Below, piece after piece: positions 20,063-29,315 of a stretch of DNA of 64,000 bases. Below the pieces are notes generated by a model. It saw only the letters and a program-made list of their open reading frames with translations. It had not been told where the DNA came from and did not search any database. How positions within the stretch are numbered: position 1 is the stretch's first letter; the number at the start of each line of letters is the position of its first letter. Origin of the DNA: Bacillota bacterium (lineage in GTDB: Bacteria > Bacillota > Clostridia > Christensenellales > CAMQZB01); assembly GCA_044426085.1 (NCBI GenBank), contig JAWXUU010000007.1:27412-91411 (forward strand). The letters run 5' to 3'. The position numbers and the translations under genes are program-made.

Positions 20063-20092
20063 TTTAGTAATTTTTTATTTAGTAATTTTTTA
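20063..20092. repeat. Perfect 15-nt tandem duplication TTTAGTAATTTTTTA x2
   Basis: 20063-20077 and 20078-20092 are identical. The site lies between the purF terminator and the his promoter. Confidence 0.85.
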
Positions 20093-20115
20093 TTGATATT
20101 GAGTTTCTTTATTGA

Positions 20116-20156
20116 CAAAAAAAATAGCATTCAACTGAAGTTCCAATTGAATGCTA
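20116..20156 (-). terminator. Rho-independent terminator of purC-purF
   Basis: Stem TAGCATTCAA / TTGAATGCTA with a 12-nt loop. T8 follows on the minus strand. Confidence 0.8.
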
Positions 20157-20168
20157 GTGTTTTTATAT

Positions 20169-21587
20169 TTATTCGAGGGAGAATTTTTCTGCTTCGAATT
20201 TTTCTGCATCAAGCGGATAGTTGCCATCGAAACAGCCTGTGCAGAATTCCCCACCACCGCAAGATTGCTTTAGGTATTCAAGTGGGATATAATGAAGACT
20301 GTCGGCACCGATAAGTTCGCAAATTTCTTCTTCTGTGCGATATGCACCGATAAGTTGTTCGCGAGTGTCCATATCAACACCAAATGAGCATGGATTTTTT
20401 ACGATTGGTGATGCAACCAGCATATGAACTTCCAGTGCGCCACTTTTTCTTAGAAGATTTATTATCTTTTTACTTGTTGTTCCACGAACAATCGAGTCGT
20501 CGATAAGAATTAGCCTTTTGCCCTTGATGTTACTTCGAAAGGCGTTCAGCTTGATTTTTACTGCTGATTCGCGTAGGCTTTGGCTTGGTTGAATGAAGCT
20601 TCTTCCGATGTATCTATTTTTTGAAAGTGCATCAACATATGGAATGCCACTTTTTGCTGAGTATCCCATGGCACAAACAAGTGCTGAATCGGGAACGCCC
20701 GCAACGATATCTGCATCGATTTTGAAAAGTTCAGCAAGATGCATGCCACATTCGTATCTCGCGTCGTAAACACTGACTTCATCGATAACTGAATCGGATC
20801 TTGAAAGGTATACGTATTCAAAAATACAGCTTTTATGTTCTTGTTTATCCCAAATTCTTGATGTGTATGTTCCGTCGGCTTCCACAACAATCATTTCTGA
20901 TGGCTGAAGGTCGCGAATGATTTTTGCATCAATTGCGTCGAGCGCACAGCTTTCTGATGCGAAGATAATTTGACCATCTTTTTCACCCATGATAAGTGGA
21001 CGAAGTCCGTATTGATCGCGAACGGCAATGAGTTTATCATCAGCCATGACAACCAAAGAGAAAGCACCGACCAATCTTCTGCAAGCATTGACAACGCCAT
21101 CTTCGATGTTGTTGAATGAGCAGTGGTTTATTAGTGCTGCCAAAACTTCTGAATCTGTTGAGCTTTGGAAAATAAAGCCTTTTTCAATAAGGTCGCTTTT
21201 GATTTGGTTTGCGTTCACCACGTTTCCGTTGTGGGCAACTGCCATTCTGCCAAGTCTTCCATAGAAAACAACTGGTTGAGCGTTGACAACGTTTGATGAA
21301 CCCGTTGTTGAATATCTCACGTGTCCGATTGCAATTTTTGAATTTGGAAGCAAGCTTAGTTCTTCTTCGCCAAATACTTCGTTTACAAGACCCATGTTTT
21401 TATAGTATGCAATTTTTTTATCGGGAATAGTGACTGCGATGCCTACGCTTTCTTGTCCCCTATGTTGAAGGGAAAACAATCCATAATACGTTGCTCTTGC
21501 AAGGTCGTCTTCCACTTTACTTGCAATACCAAATATGCCACATTCTTCGTGGACACCAAAATCTCTTATGTCGAAAATCTCTTTCAC
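20169..21587 (-). CDS. purF: Amidophosphoribosyltransferase
   Basis: Ntn glutaminase start ...ECGIFGI, PRT motif LILIDDSIVRGTT, and C-terminal Cys ligands for an Fe-S cluster. Confidence 0.96.
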   Translation of the reverse strand: MKEIFDIRDFGVHEECGIFGIASKVEDDLARATYYGLFSLQHRGQESVGIAVTIPDKKIAYYKNMGLVNEVFGEEELSLLPNSKIAIGHVRYSTTGSSNVVNAQPVVFYGRLGRMAVAHNGNVVNANQIKSDLIEKGFIFQSSTDSEVLAALINHCSFNNIEDGVVNACRRLVGAFSLVVMADDKLIAVRDQYGLRPLIMGEKDGQIIFASESCALDAIDAKIIRDLQPSEMIVVEADGTYTSRIWDKQEHKSCIFEYVYLSRSDSVIDEVSVYDARYECGMHLAELFKIDADIVAGVPDSALVCAMGYSAKSGIPYVDALSKNRYIGRSFIQPSQSLRESAVKIKLNAFRSNIKGKRLILIDDSIVRGTTSKKIINLLRKSGALEVHMLVASPIVKNPCSFGVDMDTREQLIGAYRTEEEICELIGADSLHYIPLEYLKQSCGGGEFCTGCFDGNYPLDAEKFEAEKFSLE

Positions 21588-21589
21588 GA

Positions 21590-22303
21590 TTATCCCCTTG
21601 CTTTAATTATTCTAGCCATTATTTCGTCGTATGCTTCTTCAACACCACCGAGGTCACGTCTGAATCTGTCTTTATCCAATTTTTCGTTTGTTTTAGCATC
21701 CCAGAATCTGCATGTGTCTGGAGAAATTTCGTCGGCAAGAATGATTCTTCCGTCGTATCTGCCAAATTCAAATTTCATATCAATAAGAGAAATGCCAACA
21801 CCCGCAAAGAATTCTTTCAAAATTTCGTTGATTTTGAATGCCATTTGCTTGATTGTTGCGATTTCTTCTTCAGTTGCAATTCCAATTGCAAGTGCGTGAT
21901 AGTCGTTGATTAGTGGATCGCCAAGAGCGTCATCTTTATAGCAGAATTCAAGGACTGGGCATTTTAGTGCACTGCCTTCTTCAATACCAAGATTTTTTGA
22001 AAAGCTTCCTGCTGCTACGTTTCTGATGATAACTTCTAGGGGTACAATTTCAACTTTTTTCACGAATGTATCAGTTTCTGACACTTCTTCAATAAGATGT
22101 GTTTCGATACCTTTTTCTTCAAGCATTTTGAAAAGAATGTTTGTGCATTTGTTGTTGATTATTCCCTTTCCAACGATTTGACCTTTCTTGATACCATTGA
22201 ATGCTGTTGCATCATCTTTATAAGATACCAATACTACGCCATCTTCTGTTGTGGCAAAAACTTTTTTTGCTTTTCCTTCATATAAAAGCGTTGTTTTTTC
22301 CAT
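21590..22303 (-). CDS. purC: SAICAR synthetase
   Basis: [10 protein letters not shown]...DMKFEFG...[15 protein letters not shown]. Start set at the ATG at 22303 (GAGGAG upstream). Confidence 0.95.
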   Translation of the reverse strand: MEKTTLLYEGKAKKVFATTEDGVVLVSYKDDATAFNGIKKGQIVGKGIINNKCTNILFKMLEEKGIETHLIEEVSETDTFVKKVEIVPLEVIIRNVAAGSFSKNLGIEEGSALKCPVLEFCYKDDALGDPLINDYHALAIGIATEEEIATIKQMAFKINEILKEFFAGVGISLIDMKFEFGRYDGRIILADEISPDTCRFWDAKTNEKLDKDRFRRDLGGVEEAYDEIMARIIKARG

Positions 22304-22402
22304 TTGTTTCTCTCTCCTCGCATAAAAATATTTTATCACTTAAATTTTACATAAATTTTTCATAATGTGCAAGTGTTTTGGTGGCGATTTGGCATTAATT
22401 CA

Positions 22403-22437
22403 AAAAAAATTATGCATTATTTTAAATAATGCATAAT
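22403..22437 (-). terminator. Terminator after the MBL-hydrolase gene
   Basis: 13-bp arms TTATGCATTATTT / AAATAATGCATAA (22411-22437), followed on the minus strand by T8. Confidence 0.7.
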
Positions 22438-22525
22438 GATGTTATTTCTTCGTATTTTATGTTTAATTTTTAACAAATTTCGTACACTGTTTTTGTATTT
22501 TTATTGCACTTTTTTAAATGACCTT

Positions 22526-23407
22526 TTAATTTTTTGCCACCCAATACTGCATATTATCTTGGAACACGACATCGATTTTTTCGTTATCTAGCAGATATGT
22601 GAGATAACTTTTCACCGTGCTTCCGATAAGCATGTTTTGCGAAAAATCAAGTTTTAGGTTATACTTATCAAAAAGTGCTTTGATAAGATGTTCGAAAGTT
22701 ATTTTTTGGGCGCAGAAAGATAAAATATCATCGATAACTTGGTATGTTTTTTGAATGTTGAATTCCACCAAAGCAGAAATATCGCTTGACGGTGCTACGT
22801 GGGACGGAATGAAATACTCACCTTCAATAGTTTTTAGCATTTCTAGTGAATCTAGATATTTTTCCACGTTTTGAACGAACACAATGCCGTATTTATTGAT
22901 TGTTTCTTCACCCGCAATTGCGTCGGCAACAAACCACGCGTTATCTGGCGTTTTAAACATTGTTTGGGAAAAGGAATGACCGTCGCACGCAAGCATTTGT
23001 AAGCCTTCTGGCAAGTTTTCGCATGTTAGTGGCTTCACATCTGCAGGCTGAGCATAAAAGAACTTTCCGCGTGCGATTTTTGGAGAATTTGAACCGCAAA
23101 GATAGCTTGAATTCACAATTGTGTGGGTTGTGAGGGCGTGGTCGATTCCTCTGCAAAGGATTTCACAGCCTGTTTCTTCTTGCAAGTATGCATTGCCACC
23201 AACGTGGTCGGCATGACCGTGGGTGTTTATTATTGTTTTGATATTCCAGCCTTGCTCCATCACGATTTTAAGCACTTTTTTTGCAGTGTCTTTGGAATTG
23301 CCACTGTCTATCAAGCACACGTTTTCATCATCGATGTTATATATTCCGATTTTCGCCGGACAATCGATATAGTGCGTTTTCTTACCAAAACTTATAAGTT
23401 CGTACAT
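22526..23407 (-). CDS. MBL-fold metallo-hydrolase
   Basis: Zn motif THGHADHVGG. 293 aa with a C-terminal extension. Confidence 0.85.
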   Translation of the reverse strand: MYELISFGKKTHYIDCPAKIGIYNIDDENVCLIDSGNSKDTAKKVLKIVMEQGWNIKTIINTHGHADHVGGNAYLQEETGCEILCRGIDHALTTHTIVNSSYLCGSNSPKIARGKFFYAQPADVKPLTCENLPEGLQMLACDGHSFSQTMFKTPDNAWFVADAIAGEETINKYGIVFVQNVEKYLDSLEMLKTIEGEYFIPSHVAPSSDISALVEFNIQKTYQVIDDILSFCAQKITFEHLIKALFDKYNLKLDFSQNMLIGSTVKSYLTYLLDNEKIDVVFQDNMQYWVAKN

Positions 23408-23416
23408 CTTTTCTCC

Positions 23417-23944
23417 TTATCGCACACAGATTGAATCTGCGATTTCTTTTGCTTTTTTATCGCCTTTTATATACTTTATAAGCTCTAGCGCAAACTGAAT
23501 TGATGCTGACACAGCTTCTCCTGTTATCACGTTTCCGCTCACGACAACTGGGGCATCCACATAGTTTGTCACTTCTTCTTTCATGCTTGGATAAACTGTC
23601 ATTTTAGCATCTATATCAAGGATAGAAAGCACCATGGGAGCGGCGCAGATTGCTGAGATAAGCTTTTTGTTTTCGTTTGCTTCACTGATGAGCGAAAGAA
23701 GACTTTCGTGTTCTAGATAGTGCTTTGTTCCCGGTCCGCCCGCAAGAAAAACACCTTCTAAATCGGCAAAATTGCAGTCTGAAAACATTGCGTCACTTTT
23801 ATACGTGACACCCACCGAACTTTTCACATATTTTGATTCTTCAAGGGATACAGTTGTTATTTGAATTCCTGCCCTTCTCAAAAGATCAACTGGCGTTATC
23901 GCCTCGATTGCTTCAAAACCATTAACCCAAAATGCGTATATCAT
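23417..23944 (-). CDS. DJ-1/PfpI family protein
   Basis: 175 aa with nucleophile elbow AICAAP and LAGGPG. Confidence 0.85.
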   Translation of the reverse strand: MIYAFWVNGFEAIEAITPVDLLRRAGIQITTVSLEESKYVKSSVGVTYKSDAMFSDCNFADLEGVFLAGGPGTKHYLEHESLLSLISEANENKKLISAICAAPMVLSILDIDAKMTVYPSMKEEVTNYVDAPVVVSGNVITGEAVSASIQFALELIKYIKGDKKAKEIADSICVR

Positions 23945-23971
23945 AACATTTCTCCTTATACATACATTTTA

Positions 23972-25312
23972 TTAACCAATACCACCCATGACAGCACCAA
24001 GAGCAAGCACAACAACAGCCATTAGGCAGTATACATATTTGCTGAATTTTAAAACTATTGGTTTTACACCTTTTTCGCTTCCGCGGTTTATTTCTTCCAT
24101 CGCTTTGTTTTCACCAACAACCCAGAAGAACATCACACCCGCCATCATTGCACCGATTGGGCAGATATAGATTGAAACCACATCCATCCAGCCTGAAACT
24201 ATGCCTTGGATATAAGTTGAAATAACAATGCCTACACCCGCGATTGAAAGTGATGCTTGAAGCCTTGTCATGCCAAATTTTTCTTGCATTGTTGCAATTG
24301 GCGTTTCATAAAGATTTAGCAGTGATGTTATTCCCGCAAACAAAACTGAAACGAAGAATACTATCACAATCAAAGAACCGCCCGGCATGCTTGCAAACAA
24401 GTTTGGCAGATATATAAACATGAGCCCTGGACCGCTGTCGCTTAGCTGTGCGCCCGTTGTTGCAATTGCTGGGATAATTACAAAAGCCGCGAGAACTGCT
24501 GCGAGAGTATCGAAAAATGCAACGTTTTTTGCTGATTTTGGAATATCTTCACCGCCGTCTAGATACGAGCCGTATATAAGCGTTCCGTTGCCCGCAACTG
24601 ACAGTGAGAAGAACGCTTGTCCCATTGCGAAAATCCAAACTGTTGGGTCAAGCCAACCTTGTGGATTTACTGTCAAGATATATTTGTAGCCATCGATTGC
24701 GCCGTCTTGGAACGCGACATATATGCCAAGCCCAACAAACAGACAAAAGAATATTGGCATCAAAATTTTATTTGTGCGTTCGATACCTTTGCCAACGCCG
24801 AAAATCAAGATTGCAAACACCAACACAATCGCGCCGATTTGCCATGCTGTGTTGCCAAAGTTTACCGCCATTTCGCCAAATGCGTTTGCGAATTCTTCAA
24901 CAGAAGAAGGTGCGAGCGTCGCACCAGAGAATGCACCGAAAGTATATTTTAGCATCCAACCAACAACAACTGTGTAGCCAAGCGCCAGTGCAAGTGAGCC
25001 CAAAACTGGCAACATGCCAATTGCTTCGCCAAGTTTTCTGTTTCCACCGCGATATTCAACCGCTTTGCCAAACGCACCAAGCGAGCCTGATTTTGCCCAT
25101 CTTCCGAAAGCCATTTCACCAATCACACCCGATGATGAAATCAAAAATATAAAAATAAAATACGGTATCAAAAATGTTCCACCGCCATAAAGCGATACGC
25201 GCTGTGGAAACATCCAAATATTCCCAACGCCAACTGCTCCGCCAATACACGCGACGATAAAGCCCCATTTTGATTTGAACGTGTCTCTTTTTTCTGTTTT
25301 AATACTACTCAT
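23972..25312 (-). CDS. Sodium-dependent transporter (SNF / neurotransmitter:sodium symporter family)
   Basis: GVGNIWMFPQRVSLYGGGTFLIPYFIF. About 11-12 TM helices. Confidence 0.92.
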   Translation of the reverse strand: MSSIKTEKRDTFKSKWGFIVACIGGAVGVGNIWMFPQRVSLYGGGTFLIPYFIFIFLISSSGVIGEMAFGRWAKSGSLGAFGKAVEYRGGNRKLGEAIGMLPVLGSLALALGYTVVVGWMLKYTFGAFSGATLAPSSVEEFANAFGEMAVNFGNTAWQIGAIVLVFAILIFGVGKGIERTNKILMPIFFCLFVGLGIYVAFQDGAIDGYKYILTVNPQGWLDPTVWIFAMGQAFFSLSVAGNGTLIYGSYLDGGEDIPKSAKNVAFFDTLAAVLAAFVIIPAIATTGAQLSDSGPGLMFIYLPNLFASMPGGSLIVIVFFVSVLFAGITSLLNLYETPIATMQEKFGMTRLQASLSIAGVGIVISTYIQGIVSGWMDVVSIYICPIGAMMAGVMFFWVVGENKAMEEINRGSEKGVKPIVLKFSKYVYCLMAVVVLALGAVMGGIG

Positions 25313-25414
25313 ATAAGCCCCTACAATGTTAATTATTTTTATTATTATACAACATCAAAGCGTTTATGTCTATAATTTTATTGCGCGCGAATGTTACTTA
25401 TTTAGCACAAAGTT

Positions 25415-25456
25415 AAAAAAGTGCGACTTTTTTTACAAATCGCACTTTATTTTTTA
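25415..25456 (-). terminator. Terminator after the PIG-L gene (bidirectional form)
   Basis: Stem AAGTGCGA / TCGCACTT, flanked by an A-run and a T-run. Confidence 0.8.
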
Positions 25457-26209
25457 TATTTGTTCACCTTCTGGAAAACAGTGTAGGTGGAGTGGCGACA
25501 AGACTTTCAAGCCTTCGCCAATCGAGAAATCTTTGCCCGCTGCAAGGTTTGCACCGCGCATTGAAAAATATGCGTTATACAGTGCGAGAAGTTCTTCGTT
25601 TAGTTGTGATTTATGCATTGCCATTGCTTCGAACTTTAAAGCGAAAGTTTCCGTTATATCGATAACTGTGTTTGGCTTTGATGTGAAATAAAAACCAATT
25701 GCATAAGGATTTGCGGGTGGAGTTTTTGTGTTTTCTGGATATTCAAGCAAATTGCAATTTATGAAGGCTTGCGCCGCCGCTTTGCCCGTTACGATATGGT
25801 CGTTGTGACCTTCGTATGATAGCCATGGGTCTGGTGCAAACACCATATCAAAACCGCCACTGCGTATCACTTCGGAAATTTCCCATGCGATTTTTTTCAC
25901 ACTGCAAAGAGAGCCGTCTTTTTTGCCAAGGAAATGGCATTTTTCCACGCCGAGATGTTTTGCCGATGCAATCGCTTCTTCTTTTCTGACACCCGCGAGA
26001 ACTTCACCTTTAAGCTGTGGCACGTATGCCCCAAGTGAGCCGTCTGTTACTGTGAGAAATTCTACTTCGATACCCGCTTTTATAAGGACTGGCACAATAC
26101 CGCCCATGCCGATTTCGATATCGTCTGGATGTGGCGCTACGCAGAGCGCTTTTTTGCCTTTTGTTATATCAGGTGGCATGAAATATGCCATGATTTCTTG
26201 ATTGTTCAT
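25454..26209 (-). CDS. PIG-L/LmbE family N-acetylglucosaminyl deacetylase
   Basis: Motif APHPDDIEIGMGG, then HNDH. Confidence 0.85.
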   Translation of the reverse strand: MNNQEIMAYFMPPDITKGKKALCVAPHPDDIEIGMGGIVPVLIKAGIEVEFLTVTDGSLGAYVPQLKGEVLAGVRKEEAIASAKHLGVEKCHFLGKKDGSLCSVKKIAWEISEVIRSGGFDMVFAPDPWLSYEGHNDHIVTGKAAAQAFINCNLLEYPENTKTPPANPYAIGFYFTSKPNTVIDITETFALKFEAMAMHKSQLNEELLALYNAYFSMRGANLAAGKDFSIGEGLKVLSPLHLHCFPEGEQI

Positions 26210-26222
26210 AAATTATCTCCTT

Positions 26223-27554
26223 TTACACTCTTTTTGCTTCCAATTCTTCGTGGATTTCTTCACGCATTTTATCAGTTAGCGAATAGAAAATCATTGGCAC
26301 CATAGAAATTACAAAGCTGAGTGCTGGAATCACATACATCATTGCTGAAAGACCCGTTTTCAAAAGATCTGTTGCAATCATGTTTTCTTCGTAGGCAAGG
26401 ATAACCAATCCAACACCCAATATAAGCTTTGCAAATGTTGCAGAAAGTTTTGTGAGGAAAGTGTTTATCGAGAAGATAATGCCCTCTCCGCGATATCCGA
26501 GTTTCCATTCTGAATATTCAACAGCGTCTAGTAGCATTGTTGCACAGACGATTGAAATAACCCCAGTTGCAAGGAAGCTTAGTCCAAGGAAAATAAGTCC
26601 AACCCAAACGCTTGATTGCGCGAACATTGGAATTATGCTTGTGACAGCACCCATAGCTGAGAACGCAAAGAAAATACTGCGTTTTGGGAACTTCACAACG
26701 AGTTTTGGTGCGATAATCATGCCTAGCGTCATGCCGATGACAAGGCTTAGACCAATTGGCGTTACCATTGTTGCATCACCCCAAACATAGATTACAAAAT
26801 AAAGCTGTGTTGCTTGGCGGATTGCGTTTACGACATTTGTTATCACAAGTGCTATCATAAGCGCTTGAAGTGGTTTGTTTGAAGTTATTGTTTTCAAATT
26901 TTTGCGAACTGACATAACCTCTTGTTCGGGTGCGATTCTTTCCTTTGTTTTTAGGCCTGCGATTATCATCAGCACACCGCCGATAATAACAAAGATTGAA
27001 GCGGAAATTGTGTAAGCTGAAGCTGACCTTTCACCGCCGAATGCGTTCAAGACATAAATACTTCCAACCGACACGATAACTGTTCCTATTGTTCCGCCGA
27101 TTTTTCCAAGCGTTACCATTGTTGTTCTTTCTTCAGGGATTGTTGAAACCGTTGAAGTTATCGCCCAGATTGGTATGTCGCAAAGGGTGTAGGACATGCC
27201 CCAAAGGATATAGCAAACACCTGCAAAAATCACTGCTGAGCTTGCTGTCATATCAAAGCTTACAAAGCATAGAATTGTTGTTATCATAATAACGATTGGA
27301 CCGAAAATCATATACGGTCTGAATTTGCCATATTTGGTTCTTGTTCTGTCTGTGATAATTCCCATCATTGGGTCGTTCACGGCATCCCACAAACTTGCAA
27401 CCACCACGATGATTGTTGCAACTCCGCTTGGAATCAAAAGTAGGTCGGTGAAGAAAAACAAAATATACATAGACATAAAGTTGTATATCATATTTTGTCC
27501 TAGCAGTCCGCTTGTGTAGGCAATCTTCTCGCCTGTTGGCACTTGTCTTTGCAT
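26223..27554 (-). CDS. GPH-family (glycoside-pentoside-hexuronide):cation symporter
   Basis: Signature DAVNDPMMGIITDRTRTKYGKFRPYM. 12 TM helices. Confidence 0.9.
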   Translation of the reverse strand: MQRQVPTGEKIAYTSGLLGQNMIYNFMSMYILFFFTDLLLIPSGVATIIVVVASLWDAVNDPMMGIITDRTRTKYGKFRPYMIFGPIVIMITTILCFVSFDMTASSAVIFAGVCYILWGMSYTLCDIPIWAITSTVSTIPEERTTMVTLGKIGGTIGTVIVSVGSIYVLNAFGGERSASAYTISASIFVIIGGVLMIIAGLKTKERIAPEQEVMSVRKNLKTITSNKPLQALMIALVITNVVNAIRQATQLYFVIYVWGDATMVTPIGLSLVIGMTLGMIIAPKLVVKFPKRSIFFAFSAMGAVTSIIPMFAQSSVWVGLIFLGLSFLATGVISIVCATMLLDAVEYSEWKLGYRGEGIIFSINTFLTKLSATFAKLILGVGLVILAYEENMIATDLLKTGLSAMMYVIPALSFVISMVPMIFYSLTDKMREEIHEELEAKRV

Positions 27555-27701
27555 TTTATACCCCCGATTTGTTTTTATTTTTATTTTATCCTGATATAAT
27601 ACCCCTTTATTTTAGCACATGTTTTGATAGTATTCAATAGTTATGATGATATTTTTTATTTTATAGTACAAATATAGAAAAATTTTTCTTTATTAAAACA
27701 G

Positions 27702-27731
27702 TTGACAAAATCAAAATAAAACTGTTATAGT
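27702..27731 (+). promoter_or_regulatory. Sigma-A promoter for the TPP riboswitch and thiT
   Basis: TTGACA, 18-nt spacer, TATAGT. Confidence 0.6.
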
Positions 27732-27753
27732 TGGTTTACAAATAAATATTGTC

Positions 27754-27866
27754 GCTTATGGGGTGCTTTTAGCTGAGATTATACCCACTGAACTTGAAAA
27801 GATAATTCTTTGGAAGGATAAGCAAAAATTTTCCGTTCTCAGCACGTGTGCTGGGATTTTTTTTTG
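27754..27866 (+). promoter_or_regulatory. TPP (THI-box) riboswitch with terminator expression platform
   Basis: P1 is GCTTAT (27754-59) with ATAAGC (27818-23). Core GGGGTGC...GCTGAGATTATACCC..CTGAACTTGA..GATAAT..GGAAGGA. Then hairpin CTCAGCAC/GTGCTGGG and T9 (27838-27866). Confidence 0.85.
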
Positions 27867-27895
27867 CTCCATTTTTGCGACTTGGAGGAGATTTT

Positions 27896-28540
27896 ATGAA
27901 TAATCTATTACTTGCTATCGCATGGGAAGGCATTGAAATGATCAATGTTTACATCATGCTTGCTGCCGTTTTGCTTGCAGTTGTTTTGGTTCTTGTTTTT
28001 AAAAATAAAAATGAAACTTTCAACACTAAAGCTATTGTTTACGGCGCTATGTGCATTGCTCTTGCGGCAGTTTTGAACACTTTCACTGTGTTTTCTATGC
28101 CAAACGGCGGGTCTGTCACAATCTGTAGAGTTTTGCCACTTTTGATTTACGCTTACGCTTTCGGGGCTAAACGTGGATTTATCGTTGGTGCGATTTATGG
28201 ACTTATCGACTTTATCGCTAAACCTTGGTTTGTTCACCCAATACAATTCTTGCTTGACTATATCTTTGCTTTCTCTATGGTAGGGTTTGCGGGTATTTTC
28301 AACAAAAAGCCTTCTATGAGAACTTTCGCATTTATTTTGGGAACTGTTATCTTTGGTTTTGCTAGATTTGGTTGCAGTGTTATTTCTGGTGTTCTATACT
28401 GGGAAACTCCACTTTGGGGCTCTATCACATACAACAGTGTTTTGCTTGTTGATGCTGCCGTTTCTCTTATTGGGGTTATCGTTTTGCAAAAATCAAAAAG
28501 TTTCAATGCTGTTATCGACAACACAAGAGCTCAAGCTTAG
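27896..28540 (+). CDS. thiT: Thiamine ECF-transporter S component (ThiT-like)
   Basis: About 214 aa and 6 TM helices, directly downstream of the TPP riboswitch. Start at the ATG at 27896, after GGAGGAG. Confidence 0.8.
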   Translation: MNNLLLAIAWEGIEMINVYIMLAAVLLAVVLVLVFKNKNETFNTKAIVYGAMCIALAAVLNTFTVFSMPNGGSVTICRVLPLLIYAYAFGAKRGFIVGAIYGLIDFIAKPWFVHPIQFLLDYIFAFSMVGFAGIFNKKPSMRTFAFILGTVIFGFARFGCSVISGVLYWETPLWGSITYNSVLLVDAAVSLIGVIVLQKSKSFNAVIDNTRAQA

Positions 28541-28567
28541 GCTCTTTTGTTTGATTCATAATAATTG

Positions 28568-28604
28568 TAAAAGTGCATATCGCAAGATATGCACTTTTAT
28601 TTTG
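28568..28604. terminator. Bidirectional terminator
   Basis: Stem AGTGCATATC / GATATGCACT with loop GCAA. A-run before and T-run after. Confidence 0.85.
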
Positions 28605-28674
28605 TTTGTTTTTATTTTGTATTTGTTTTGTTTTGTTTGTTTGTTTTGCTTGTTTTGTGGCAAGTTGTTCTTTA

Positions 28675-29145
28675 TTAAAACTCGTATTCTATTTCTTTTG
28701 ACAAGTCGCCCTTTGTTATTATTTCGTATCTTTTCACGAAGTTTTCAAACATTCCCCACGCGAGAACAAAGAACATAGTCGATATTGCAAGGATTTCGAT
28801 TATTTGTGGAATATCCCACACAATTGCCGATCTTGAAAGATAAAACATAACACCAACAAGCAAGCCAAAGATTGCATAAACGCCGATTCTTTTATATACA
28901 AAAGCGTTGTAATCTTCAAAATATTTTGGGTTTAAGAATGGTGGGCGGAAGATTATGCCCTTGCCACGCTTTACGTAGGCGATGTCTATTTCCACCATGA
29001 ATTTTATTATTATGCCGAGAAACAGCACGATAAATGTCGTTGAAAAATACCCCGGATATCCCACGTTTTGCAGTTTATACAAAAAATCTGTGCAAAACAA
29101 TGTGACCGCCACAAAATTTGCGACTCCAAATAAAACCTTTCTCAT
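28675..29145 (-). CDS. Hypothetical membrane protein (about 4 TM helices)
   Basis: 156-aa hydrophobic ORF. No family recognised. Confidence 0.55.
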   Translation of the reverse strand: MRKVLFGVANFVAVTLFCTDFLYKLQNVGYPGYFSTTFIVLFLGIIIKFMVEIDIAYVKRGKGIIFRPPFLNPKYFEDYNAFVYKRIGVYAIFGLLVGVMFYLSRSAIVWDIPQIIEILAISTMFFVLAWGMFENFVKRYEIITKGDLSKEIEYEF

Positions 29146-29206
29146 ATTCGCTCACTTTTTGATTTTATTATAGCACCATTTGTCTGTTTTAGCAATTGTT
29201 TAAAAT

Positions 29207-29256
29207 AAAAAGTCCCAAAATTGAATGTTTCAAATTTGGGACTTTTAGTTTTTTGG
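29207..29256 (-). terminator. Terminator at the end of the ruvX...floA gene string
   Basis: Stem AGTCCCAAA / TTTGGGACT, A/T-flanked on both sides. Confidence 0.8.
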
Positions 29257-29315
29257 TTTAGTTTATTTATCTTTTTGATATGTAAATCACATATCTTTTC
29301 GATATTTGAATTTAC

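Noticed and set aside
21453-21913. 148-aa and 140-aa plus-strand ORFs spanning the purF/purC junction.
   Set aside because: They are antisense to two well-supported genes. No start context and no recognisable domains.
22304-22402. Purine riboswitch or PurR box upstream of purC-purF.
   Set aside because: There is no three-way-junction aptamer consensus and no recognisable PurBox. Only a TTGCAC-17-TAAAAT promoter-like sequence is visible.
24604-25152. 182-aa plus-strand ORF, with overlapping ORFs of 111 and 84 aa.
   Set aside because: It is antisense to the SNF transporter gene. It is Arg/Gln/Leu-rich with shadow-frame composition.
25381-25393. GCGCGC-containing patch (ATTGCGCGCGAAT) upstream of the SNF transporter promoter, considered as a palindromic operator.
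   Set aside because: It is not a true palindrome beyond GCGCGC, occurs only once, and has nothing to compare against within the window.
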